Positions 37,412 through 52,400 of a stretch of DNA of 64,000 nt are shown here, piece after piece. The position numbers were made by a program, and so were the translations under genes. How positions within the stretch are numbered: the stretch's first letter is position 1; every line of letters begins with the position of its first letter. Origin of the DNA: Adineta vaga (lineage: Eukaryota; Animalia; Rotifera); the NCBI GenBank assembly GCA_021613535.1, contig CP075493.1:14446001-14510000 (forward strand), read 5' to 3'. A model generated the notes under the pieces. It was not told the DNA's origin, did no database searches, and saw only the letters and a list, made by a program, of their open reading frames with translations.

Positions 37412-37627
37412 TGTATTGAAAAATACTGTGTTCACAGAAGAAGAAAAAAAAAGGAAAGTGTTAATTAATTTCAAGATCGAAAAACTTCTTTTTTCTCCAA
37501 CCTTTTCATACACAAAGAATAATACTCTTTCTTTCTGGCGACATTACAGAAATCAAGTGAGTTGACACAAATCTGACACTCCAAAATATAAAAGAATCAT
37601 TTTCTCATCAAGATGGTGAAGAAAAAT

Positions 37628-38036
37628 CGGTATGAGTCCTCATCGCCGAAATCCATATCGCAGAAAATCGACGATATGCATTCTGATTATACACGCTTTC
37701 GGTCAAGTTACTTTTGCCAATGTACATTTCGAGGATACGACTATCAATCGACGACATCTATTTTCGTGGATCTGCATTTTAGCAAAACAAACTCTCAATG
37801 CAGGTCCTTAATAAAAACACTTCCCCTACATCTATTTATATAGCCATGTGTGGATACAAATGTGAGCAATCACGATGATAGCCGAAAGGAATGGTTGTTA
37901 AAGAGGATATCTAGATTTACAATATAGTTAAAGAAAATTCGGCGATGTCTATTTCGATGACATATTTGTCGACTATTTCTATTTCGGCGATATTCTTTTC
38001 GAGAATCTGCGGTTTCGGCGATGAGGGTTACAACCG
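37628..38036. mobile_element. MITE with CGG-starting TIRs
   Basis: CGGTATGAGTCCTCATCGCCGAAA and TTTCGGCGATGAGGGTTACAACCG; internal TTCGGCGAT repeats; AT on both flanks. Confidence 0.75.
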
Positions 38037-38179
38037 ATAATTGAATCTAATGTCCTCTACAGGATTTAATTTGAAAAAAAGAAAAAGAAAAAACGATTCG
38101 TTAATACGACAACGTGTAATCAACGAAGCGTGATGAAAACATTGATTGTTGTTAATCAATTTGAAGCAAAAACGAACGA

Positions 38180-39410
38180 ATGTCACCATTAATTTATATT
38201 CCATGTGCGTCATTTAATGAAGAAGATGTTGAAAGTCTTTTTCAATTATGTACATCGAGAGATGTTCATCGTGTTGATATACATGGAGCAAGAAAAGTTG
38301 CATTGAAATATTTTATAAATATGTATTCAATTGGATATGATTTATCAAAATATGTTAATCATGAACAAATAAATAAGTTTAAAGAAGATTTGGAATATTT
38401 GAAGCAAATTGATTTATTTAAAAAAGAATTTGATGAAAATCATGATGAAAAATTTGAATCCTATTGGGAATTAAATAATAATTCAACAAAAATTCATCCA
38501 GTTGCAAAAAATACTCGACAATTTACCAATAAAAATGGTTTCTCATCTGAACAATTAAAAATTTATTTTAATATAAAACAAATTCATAATATTTCATTTT
38601 CCAATGCGACTTTTCATTCTGCTGGTTTTGTTGATACTGATGCTAAAGAAAATCTTCTCAAATATCCTCTTGAACAACGACAAAATCAAGGAATTATCAA
38701 TACAAAACAAGGAAGAATTGAACAAGCTGTTTTCGATATTCCACCAGGAAAACAAATCATTATCTTAGATTTTGCTGATGAAAGAATGCCAGGAGGTAAT
38801 TTCATTACCATCATCATTCGTTATTCAATCGAAAAATTTTTCTTTAGGTTTATTTCTCTACGGTGCTCGAACACAAGAAGAAACAATTTGTTATAATTCC
38901 GATACTTACCGTGCATTACTCGATTATAAATATACACGTTTTGATGGCGGATTTTTCATTCCAGAATTCGGATGTTTATATATGAAACATGTGAAATTTT
39001 ACAAAGCACCAGAATATAAGGATTCTTCTAAAATCGATGTTATCGCTGGTGCATGTTATGATTTAACAGGCGAACATGGTTTATATCAAGTACCTGATTC
39101 TGATGAACAAATCGAAATTAATACTCGAAAGAAATTTCAAGCAATTATTTCTGCTGCACAAGCAAATTCAGATGGAAATGGAAAGGATACATATTTGATT
39201 TTAGGTCCAATTGGTTGTGGTGCTTTTCAAAATAATATTCATACAATTGCAAAAATATGGGCGGATGTTTTACTTCAACCATTAAATGATCAACTCAATA
39301 CTCAACAACGTCATGCTTTTCAACATATTTGGTTTCTTAGTGGAACGGATGAGAAATTGAAAATTTTTGAACAAACTTTTCATCTCGATATTAATCAACG
39401 AATTGTTTAA
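38180..39410 (+). CDS. Microbial-type poly(ADP-ribose) glycohydrolase (DUF2263/TIGR02452 macrodomain), 2 exons
   Basis: Removing intron 38796-38847 gives 'LDFADERMPGGLFLYGARTQEETICYNS' (PARG GG..G...QEE signature); 'LGPIGCGAFQN'. Confidence 0.88.
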
Positions 39411-39744
39411 TCAATATTTCTTTGCATTTTCAATAATATAAAAATATACACCATTTTGCATCTACTTGAAATCAATGAATCAGTGGGTATAGTGTTTCTT
39501 CTATTGAAGAGAAACGTACCTGAAAGAAATAAATGTTTTCTGTATAGAAAAATTATGTTTGTGAATAACTAAATCAATATTGTATTAAAGAAATATAAAA
39601 GAAGAAACGATTGAATCATTTAAAAAAACATTTCGACCTATTTTTATTAATAAGAATGTACGGTTTCAATATCACGAACGATTGATTGATCAATAATATA
39701 AAAGCATTCGCTTTCATATAGGTGTTTTTTCATTTTCAAAAGAA

Positions 39745-42591
39745 ATGCTCGATCAACTATTTCTTCTCTTTTTCATTTTTTTATCAATTTCTTGTCAAAC
39801 TATCTATGATACAGCGGATGATAATGCACATGGTCTACGAATATCTGGAAATGATCAATTTATTGTGTATGCAGTTAATCGTGATAAAGGTTATGCTCTT
39901 AGTTATACACCATTTACACCAGCAGAAAGATGCTCATATTGGAATCCAACTCGAGATTTTTATGTTTATAGTTTGGATGTTTTATATAATACGGATAATC
40001 GAACATCGAATTATTTATTTACATTTGTACAAATTGCTGAACAAACTTCAACACAAAATGTTTATTTTAGTATAATTACAATGAATACATCAAATTGTAA
40101 TAAATTTAAACATTCTTTAAATGAATTAAAATGAAATTTTTCGATTTTTGTTTTTATAGGTAATCGAATAACAGGAAATATCGTGATTCGTGATACATTA
40201 ATATGGAATGGTACACATCAAGAATATATGTTATTAAAAGTAGTACCATCACAAAAATATGCATATGTATTTGCTGATTCATTTGTTCTTATGTTTGATA
40301 TAATTCAAAATCGTATTATTGACTTAAAACAATCAACTAATTTCTATACATTTTCAACAAAAGTTATTCCACATGCAATTGATCTTACAGAAACTTGGGC
40401 TCTTGTTACTTCATATGCTCTTGCAACAATGAATACAAATATAGCTTCACCAGTTATTAGTCTTTGTTCACTTAATCCACTTCGAGTTATAACTTCAACT
40501 GCACTTATTGATTCATTAGTTCAAACTGCTGCATTAGCAACTACATATAATCTAGATAGTCATATGTCAATATCTATTAATAAAGAACTACAAATGGCGA
40601 TTGTTGGTGTTCCAATTCTTAGTGCTGTTTTTTTATTTCATGTCAATGCAACAAATATAAACACAAGTCAATGGCAATTAGAACGTACGCGTGTTAATCA
40701 AGGTCCACGAAATGTTGGTTTTGGTCAATCCGTAGCTTGGATTAATGATAACACAGTTGCCGTTGTTCTTTTATCGATTAATTCTCGTTCTTGGTCAAAA
40801 TCTGAAGTTTGGACATTTTCTATTGATAGCTCATTTGAAATTCCCGAATATGTTTTTCCAAACAATCAACAAACACTTTCATTTTATACAACAGCACGTT
40901 TCTATCAAATACTTTCATGGTCAAATCATTTATATATTTTAACTGATTTATATCGAATTGTATTCATTCCATCAAGTCCAGCAGGTTATCTTTCCGTATG
41001 GGCAGAAACTCGTGATGTATTTGTATTTGTTTTCAATTATTCATCGTGTTCACCGGGAACATATAAAAACGAGAATGGTTTTGAATTTTGTAAACTTTGT
41101 CCACCTCAAACAAAAAATCCTGCCTATCAACCATGTAGAGAATGTTATACATGCTCTCCAACATCATTTTGTCCATTAGGTTCTATTAATGAAGTTTCAT
41201 ATGAAAATTATTCATCACATATTCAAACATATGCCTATCCTGACTCACCTGATATGAATAATTATGATGACATTCTTGTTCAAAATATTTTTTCCATTGG
41301 TTCATCAGCACGATGTTTATTAATATCTCCATTGTTTTGGACAATTATCGCCATGTGTTTGTGTTGTGTTGTTTGGTTGCTAATGGCCATTGGAAAATTT
41401 GTTCCTTGGCAAACGCTAACACGTCATCGAACCAATGCAAAGAAATTCTTGAAAAATACCGATATTGTTGGCGAAGGTGAACGATGGGTTGGTGGATTAT
41501 TTTCATTTGCTATCGTCGTTCTTTTTGGTTTCACTTTTTGGTTTGCTGAAGATTATATTAACCTTTATCCAATTGAAACATCGTCATCACCACAAGCATC
41601 ATGTGATCAAACAATGCGAAATGCTGTTTTTGATAATGCTCTTCAATTACCTCTATCAAATACTGATGGATCACGATGGGCGATTTTTGATATGTTGGAT
41701 AGCCAACAATTTACAATGGCGATAGATTTTATTAATACAGCAGCTAGTTGTCAAAATATAACTGTTCAACAAAATCGACCTGGAGTTAATTATCTTAAAT
41801 TAGGAAATGTATCATGTGAAATTCAACCGGATAATGTAACAGTTTCGGCAAGTTTTCCTCTCCCATCTCATCAACTGACTGTACAAGTTAATGTAAGTGG
41901 CTCGTATTCAATCGGTGGATTTCGTTTATGTTTACGTGGCTCTGGTTTGGTTGATGGCGTTAATACACTTCAAAAACTTGATATGTGTAAATTATTTTTT
42001 ACTGAAAATGAAACTCTATCACGAACAGCAACAATATCTGTTGTTCTTGTTAAAGTAGTCAATCAAACAAAACCGTTGACAGTTGGTGATGACACATATT
42101 TTAGTGGTCGTTGGACACCAACATTTGGTGAATATTCTATATCCGATAAGTTAAGTTATAATCAAGATGGTGAATATCTTCGTTATGTAAATGAACGAAC
42201 AATATTTACAATAACAATGAGTGAACAACCATTTTTCCTACAAAATAATCAAAAACCAATTGCTCGAATCGCTGAACTAGCATTTCATACATTATTATTT
42301 TGTACATTGATTATTGAATTATTTGCCATGGCCTTTCTTCTGTTTAAATTAATCTGTATGCCATTGATTCGACTTATTCTTCGTTGTCGACATCAAAAGA
42401 AACAAACATCATCTATTCTTCCATCAAGAAATTCACATGAAAAACGAAAACAACAATCATCTATATCAACGATTGACCTTCATCGTTTACTTCAACATTA
42501 TGAACGAAAAAAACAAAGACAAAAGAAAGATCGCCTCAGTATCATACCCAACGAAAGTAGTCGAATGGATCATCAACGAACAGCTGTTTGA
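39745..42591 (+). CDS. Large membrane protein with Cys-rich (ephrin-receptor/TNFR-like) repeat, 2 exons
   Basis: Signal peptide; intron 40097-40159; 'CSPGTYKN..GFEFCKLCP...C..C...SFCPLGS'; three TM segments. Confidence 0.8.
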
Positions 42592-42744
42592 AAGTGTTCT
42601 TTCTAAGAAAAACTGATAGTTGACTATGTTTTGTTTGTTCCATTTTCTTAGCTACCTTTTTCGTATCTTTATTCGGAGAATACATTCTATTCCGCGATGT
42701 TGAACATTATACCGACCAGGATGACTGCGTATCAGTTCGGGTTA

Positions 42745-42985
42745 AAATATCGTCAAGCTCATCACCAGTTGATGTATCGGGAATTACTTTTGGAAAACCA
42801 GCTGGTGTAAAACCAGTTGTACCAAGTGTTAATTATTCAAGCATTAATTATTGTTTTCATAGATGAATTAAGTCGTGATTCACAGGAAAACTATTGACAT
42901 TGAATAAAATTGAAAAAATGTTTTCGAGCGAATATCTTCTTATCTGAAATAAGAAGAGAAAACAAATCAAATGGTAATCATCGTT
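42745..42985 (-). pseudogene. Decayed partial duplicate of the 5' end of the acetyl-CoA hydrolase gene
   Basis: 'tcaagctcatcaccagttgatg', 'gggaattacttttgg.aaaccagctggtgtaaaacc' and 'ttatctgaaataa' match 46786-47100. Confidence 0.85.
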
Positions 42986-43415
42986 TCCCTTTTCTTTAAC
43001 TTAAACGAACAACTAAAAACTTTAATGGTCATGTTTTTTTCTTTTCTTTCTTTCTTTTTAAATGATTTCATCAATCAATGAGTTGCTTGTGTATCCTTTA
43101 TTTTCGTTCATTAGATAGATTTTCTTTGACTGTAGTATTCTTGATATTCCAATGCCTATCCTAACTGATCATTTCAGCTAAATTCATTATCAACAACTTG
43201 AGAACATGTTCTAAAAAAATCAAACAATTCATTTTAAGTTGCACATGATGAAGATGAACTATATTTATTCGTTATTTCTTTTTTACTCAGGATGCGATCA
43301 AGGAATGAAAATTTGAGTTATGATACACTATACTTTGAAACATATACTAGTCTTTTCATTTATTATAATATAATACATGAACAGAACAGTTAATCATGCA
43401 CAAACAACATATTTT

Positions 43416-44959
43416 CTAGAGCAAAGAAAAATAAAGATAAAAGTCTCTTGAATGTACTCGAAGTGTTCTATCTGGAAAAAACAGATGTTTGCTTTTTACA
43501 CAATTGATACGTGTGTCATGTCTTGTGAAATTTTCTGTAACAGCCATTAGTTGATTATATTGAATATGAAATGCATTGAGGCTAGCTAATCGAGTATTCA
43601 AGCAAGACAAAAACTGCTCTATACAGTCGATAAGCACCCAATCCATAAAAAGCACCTTAAGATGAGGAAATTCAATGATTGAAGATATGCCTTTCCTTTT
43701 CTTTACTTGATATAATGGTTTATGTATTTGTAGTATCCTATTTGACATTGATAATTCATATAGTAATGGAAAAGAACGTGCGACTGTACCGAAGAATGAA
43801 CTTTCGAACGAGTGATGAATATCCGAGATACGTAAAACACGAACATTCATGAACATAACAACTGAAAATCTCGATGTGATACATTGAATACTATCATATA
43901 TCAATATGTGAAGCAATCATTTCTCATTCTATTAATTTCCTTATTTCAGTTACTTCAATCTTTCAATAAGAACTATACAGACAGCGACACTTTAATTTGC
44001 ATAGTCTTTTCACGAAAAATACGCAACATCAACAGTACATTCATCGAAACAATTTTCTCATTCATCCTCATCTCAATCATGTTCAACTTCAGAAACACAA
44101 ATGATATTGAAAACCGTACGATTATTTTAAGTAATTTCAATGCCAATAGTATGTATGGTTTGTACTGTGCAAAACTAGAGAAAGTCAAGCACGTATAACT
44201 TTTTTTCTCAACAGCAAAGCCGACCATCATTGTTCCTTTAAATAACCCATCTTGAAGGTGATAAACCACGAAGTAATCTTCGTGAATACCGACTGCCATT
44301 ACCACCATCTGCACTAAAATAATGTAGCTTTGAAAACCACATAATAATAGCAACATAAGTTTGAGACATCGCAAGTTCTGTTGGTCGATGTCGAAATCCA
44401 TCTTTGATCGTCATCTCTAAATGTGTGATTTGATGTTTGTAAGAACAAACAAACGGTGAGTTTTCTAAAACAAATTAAAATCAATTGGAAAAAGTTCTAA
44501 TATGTATCGGAATAGACAAATCATAAACAAACTAGTGAATATTCGAGAGATCACATCGCATTCCAGATTGTACAGACTTAACATGTGTGAATTTGGATAA
44601 TTGTTCGTGCGAAAGACGTCGTGAAATAGTTCTGCTCTAACAGTCAAAGATTTTACGTTACTATGAATGCGAGGTAAAATAACTGTGCAAAACCGATTCA
44701 CAATATCAGCTTCCGGCGATTCGTGAGAGCCATTTGGTAATAATATCGTTAGATCAATTGCTTTAGTAAAACTTAGATCATATGCGAGTCTGTCAAGTTT
44801 CTCGTTAATACTCACCAATGAATATAACACATCAATGTTATTAAGTTCCTTCAAAACAAGAAACAATATCTCCTCAAGCAAATTTAGAATTTGAGCAGTG
44901 CCACTATCCGTATTCGTTGAAATACAAGAATGTGAAAGATATGAAATGGATGTTAACAT
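43416..44959 (-). pseudogene. F-box/LRR gene, fragmented
   Basis: 'LLEEILFLVLKELNNIDVLYSL', 'RFC..ILPRIH.NVKSL', 'IIEFPHL', 'VTENFTR..TRINC'; middle exons frameshifted. Confidence 0.75.
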
Positions 44960-45257
44960 ACATATGCTTTTCTTTCAATAAAGTGCATTGTTTAGGTATG
45001 TATTCGACCGTCTAGCGTGATAACGTTACGTCTCCTTTTGTTTGTATGTATGCGAATTGCTACGATGTTGTACTATCACATCGCATAAAAGATATATTCT
45101 ATAGAAAAACGATTTTATTATGTGAATTCAACCGGGATTAGATTTTTCACTCATATACGTCGAGAAGCACTAAGTATATATATATAGAATTATACTGTCT
45201 AAAACAAGAGAAAAATGACAATTGACTAGAGACAAAAAAAAAGAAAATGAATGAAAA

Positions 45258-47060
<1,803 letters not shown>

Positions 47061-47067
47061 CTTTTAT

Positions 47068-47117
47068 CTGAAATAACAAAAAAAGAAAACAATATCAGAT
47101 GGAAATCTTTGTTTATT
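47068..47117 (-). promoter_or_regulatory. AATAAA followed by an unpaired 3' splice acceptor (candidate trans-splice site)
   Basis: AATAAA at 47117-47112, pyrimidine tract, TTTCAG ending 47068, ATG at 47060. Confidence 0.5.
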
Positions 47118-47138
47118 TTTCGAAAAAATAACAGGTAT

Positions 47139-48207
47139 TTATGAAAAAGATTTATTTTTACGTTTTTTCTGTTTTTCTTTCTTTTTAATGATCTTTTCAA
47201 TGGAAGAATCAATTGTCCATCCCTTGTAACCTTCTAATTCAAGAAGATTCGAATCTGGATACGGATTTTCAAGATCTAAAGTGCACAAAGATGAAATTTG
47301 AAAAATCGATTTGTCTTCGTTTTACTTGGTTGATCATCATCTTCTTTCGTTTTTTCGATTGTTTCATTTACTATTGCCAGCTCTTCAAACTCTAAATTGA
47401 TTCCTTTTTAAATGAGAATACTTTGATTGATTATTCATTCTACCTGATTCTTGTTTCTTTTTTTTCTTCTTTTTTGGTGGTTCATCAATGATTTCTTCTT
47501 CACTCGGTAAATCATTCGAGATACCCGACGATGTTTGTTGCACAATATCCATTGCTTTTTTCTTGGATTTTTCTTTAAAATAATCATTTATTGATTGTTT
47601 ACTTGTTACATAATGAGTATCCGATGGAATTTCACTTTTCTTAGAAGACAAAATCAAATATTCAATCTTGAAAAATAAACGAAAATACTTTTTCTTCTTC
47701 TATTTGAATTGCATTCTTTTGTTGAATTTTATTCCAACCAAAAATACAATCAAGTTCATGATTCGATCTTGAACTTAGATCTTTTCCACTTGATTGTTTT
47801 TTATATCTAAAAAAGCGCGTAAAATCCATTCAACAATCATTCTAAATGAAAAAACTAACGTAAATCTTGTTTTAGTTTCTCGAACAGTTTGATTGAAATT
47901 ATGAAGTGATGTTGAATTCGCTGTTGGATGAGATTGTTGAAGTTGTTCAAGAACATTATCAAATGATTGAGAATGTGCAAGCCATGTCTCATCATATTTA
48001 CCATTAACAAATCCAACTCCTTTTAAATTTGCTTTAAATTTCATATCAATATGTTCGGTTCTTCCATCTTCATTCTTTCCTAATCCAACACCAGATGTCC
48101 AACCCATTTTTTCCAACATTCGTTTACCGAATTTATTTCCATCTAAATAAATTACAAATAGAAGATTGTTTTCGTCAAAAAACTATTGTTTTCGGTACTT
48201 TTGCCAT
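47139..48207 (-). CDS. G-patch protein (PINX1/GPATCH4-like), multi-exon
   Basis: 'NKFGKRMLEKMGWTSGVGLGKNEDG...KGVG', 'WLAHSQSFDNVLEQL'; Lys-rich tail ending 'KKRKNKSFS*' at 47139. Confidence 0.85.
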
Positions 48208-49432
48208 GTTATGAGGTTAAAGACGAAGAACAAGCAGAACGCAAAAAAAACATAACATTTACTATCGTCAATGTGGTTGAAAGAGAAAAACAAAGTATTG
48301 AGGTACGTGTAAACTATGTTATTCATGTCGAAAATATTCATCTTTGTTGTTTTTTCGCACTCAAATGAACGTTGAACTGAGAAAGTTCAATGTAGCGGAT
48401 GAAAACAAAAATGGAAGATGTGGAATTAGATATTTGACTTACCATCAACCCATTCTGTTTTGTTTTGGACAACATAGCGAATTTTGGATCGTTTTTCATT
48501 AAGACTTACCATTGTTTCTCATGCAAATTTAGGAGCAATCTTAAATAAGAAAAGAGAATACTATTATTATTTTCCTCTCGATTTTTATCAGGTATAAAAC
48601 AAAACGAATCGCTTCGCTTTCTTTTTCAGAGATTAGAAGTACACCATTGGTTGTTTAACTAGACTACTCATATATAAAATGGTCTACCTTCGCTTTAAAA
48701 CAAAATAAAAAGTTTGTTTTCAGAAATTAACCTTCGAATAAATTATTTGAGTATAAATTCGTGATTTATTTTTCGAATTTTCTAAACTATCAACTAGTGA
48801 CATCTACAATTCTTGAATTGCATGTTACTAAGATTTGACCTTTTATTGTTGGTGAAATACTCGAAGCATTGATGGTTATGAAATACGAAATCAAAAATAA
48901 TAGAAGAGATAACATTGATATTAACTAAAATAGCAAAAATAAATACTGTACTCGTTGCTCGTATTTCTCGAATATGTTGGAATACATTTGTATGTAGACA
49001 AAAAAGAAAATCGAAGCATGTAAATAATAAGTTTCTATTTATTAGTTATTCATCTAATTAAACCAAAAGCCTTGTCCAAACTTAACACACAACAGTGATG
49101 TAGTTCGTATGAAATATGTATTTTACATAGAAAGTTATTTCACCTCTTCATTTCATTAGCTAGATAGAAAAGTTAAAAACGGGCATTTTTTCCTAACTTT
49201 TTGTGACTAATAACATTGTATCATAAGAAAAAGGACAAATACTATCTTAAAATCTCATAATCAACCTTCTTATCTAAATTGAGGGCATAGATGAGGCTTT
49301 TAACATTACATATTCTCTAGTGTCCTATCACCCAGATCCGTACTACTCTCGATGACATCCACACTCTCAACCTCATACACATTCTCAATCAACTAATATT
49401 AATAAATCAATGCTTTTTTATTAGCTATAATC

Positions 49433-52400
49433 TTATTGTTGAAATGCAAGAAAATAATTTTGAACACATACAGGAACGATACTTCTGGCAAAAATAAATA
49501 ATGCTCTACGATAAACTTCAGAAGGTAGAATAAATGCAAAGAGTACAGACATTGAAGGTAAAAAGCCAATAAGATAACTTGGTAAAGTAACAAATGGATG
49601 TCGATCAAGTTTACTACACACAAATACAAAAGCAAATACTAATCGAGGTATAGCAAATATCGCTAAAAGGATCGGAGCAATCAATAAATGTTTATGTTTA
49701 ACTATTTGTGCTCTAATACTTTTTGGTTCTATTCGCAACATAAAATTCATATTTATCGTAGTAAAACCAAGATTGATAGTAACTGGACGTCTAATATTGT
49801 TCACTTTTCCAGCAGTTCTTTGTTTGATTCGAGCTATACCAATAATAATAATACTACTACATATTAAGTTGATTGTTAATGGAATTACAAATAAACATAT
49901 GTTTGAAGTTGAATATAAAGTTAAAAGTATCGGTTGATCAGCATTAAGTGTCAATACACACCAATTTGTTTCATCATATGCATCAATAACCATTCGACGA
50001 TATATTAATTCAGGTGAACTGATAATAGCAACAATGATAGGCACAAGAATTGATATCCGTTTAGCAATTATTTTACTTTTTAATCGAGAGAATTTAGTTT
50101 CACGTTTGATAGCTAATGTTCTTTCAATAGCTACACATGCATTTAAACATTCACAACTTATCAAAGAAAGTTTAATCAGAAATTCAGTAATAGCACATAG
50201 TACACTTCCTTGACTTCTAATAAATAAGAAAATTAACTTCAAAGTTAATGTAATACTCGTCAACAAACCAAAACATGATGAAATTAATAAATAAATACCA
50301 GAACCAACATCTTGTGTTTTTCCTTGATAAAATGTTCCAATTCCTAAGATATTCATTAGAAATCCAATAATAATGAAACAACTGATCAAAATAACACTAA
50401 TTTTAATAATTGTCTTCGATGTTGTTAGACGTATATGTGATCCAATGATGGCATCAAGTGAAAGAGAATAACCAGCTCTAGAGAATTGACACAGTTCTCC
50501 ATAAGTACATGGTTCACAAAGACATAATGAATTTCTTGGACAAAGATGATGATTTTGTATGCATATACCTCGACCATTACATTTATTTTCTGAACATCCA
50601 TATGATGTAGGTTCAAAATTAAAACAATCACTATAACTTCTTTGATCACATAAACACATTAATTTATCATCATAAAAACACATTAAGTTTTCTTTCTTAT
50701 ATTTTTCAAGACATACTTGTTGATAATATTTAACACGATGTAATTTTGGTAGATTAATTATGGTAGAATTAAATAATTCATTTATTGGTCGACATCGACG
50801 AGATGAATCAACTTCACTATTGATTTCTACTAAACCATCACTATCTGGTTTACGCACTAATAAAAGATAAAAGTCATTTTGATCACGATTTTCATAGAGT
50901 TGAATGAAAATAACATCATACAAAAGATCGTTTTCGAAATAAAATGTATAATTAGATATGCTTGCGCGAAGACGGTGAAAATAGGTAAAATGTATTGGCT
51001 CCTGAAAAAGATTAATTTTAAAACTATGAAGAAATACAATATTTGATGATGGTATAAGAATATTTGAAGTAAATGTCACATGAATACGAGCTTTCATTGT
51101 TTCACAATCATCGCCAAACCATTCTACATGACATATACAAATATATTGTTCAGATTCATAATAACGTGAATCAGCTGGTAAACATTCTCCATGTCCACTA
51201 CAATTCTGTTTAACACATGGATTAAATGGAACAAAACAACGACGACCAGTTAAATTTAGTGGACATACACAAATATCTCGACCAAGATCAGTATCATAAC
51301 CAATACAACGAGAAACATTTGAACATGAAGTACAATTTGTAGTATTGAATTGAATTGTTTGTGTTGCGGAACTATCAGGTATATATAATTGTTTTGCTAT
51401 TCGATTGACAGGTAAAAATTCAAATGGAACAGGAAATATCCATGAAGTACGATATTCTAATGTTTTTGCAACAAATACGTGAATATGTACTGAATGATTT
51501 ATCAATGGAAATAATGATTGATTTATTGGATAATATAATTCAATTAAATATCGTGGTAAACAATAACGATATGGTATATATAATATTTGATCATGTGAAA
51601 TTATTGAATTTGAACTATTATTACGTACTAATAGAATAACAATTTTGTATAATGGAAGAAGAGAATTAAATAAACTTGTAGTTCGTAATTGAAGAAAAAC
51701 TGCAATTCGTTTACGTTGAAATTGACATCGATCACCATAATAAGAGTCTGTACACATACAATAGAAACCAAGTGGACTGTTAGGTGAATAAAAATATACT
51801 CCTCTATTACAATACCAATGAATAATATCAATATCTTTTGATAAACTTCGAATGAGTCGATTATTTTTTAATTCAGGAATTTCTTTCATATCAATTGTAA
51901 GAAATGGGCGACTAGTTGATCGATCATTTAGATCACAAAATAGTTGACTCTCTTTTTCATTGCATGTTAAAGAAGTATCATAACAGCGTGTTATAAATGA
52001 TATTGTTGGTGCATACTGACCATTACGACATCGAAATAGATTCGGATCACAATTCTTCCCTTCCATTATTAAGCCAATGACATGCAATTGTTTCATCATC
52101 ATCTAACGGACAATGCTGATGACAATCACATATTTCTTCAATTAGAATACATTTAGTAGAATTTTGACAACGATAACGACGCATAAATTCATATGGAAAA
52201 TGAATACGACAAAATTCTCGTTCATCTAATGAGCCAACACAATCAATGATACCATCACCAATTCGTTCTTTTGTAAACATATTGCATAACCATCTGAAAT
52301 ATTCAAACAAAATGACTTGTAGGATTACAATGATGATAAGAAAGCAAAGACTCTTCCAACTCAGTTCATCATGTCCATCAGGACAATTCCAGACTTTATT

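Noticed and set aside
48410-48700. Small plus-strand gene divergent from the G-patch gene
   Set aside because: A splice-like pair is present, but all frames have stops and there is no recognisable motif.
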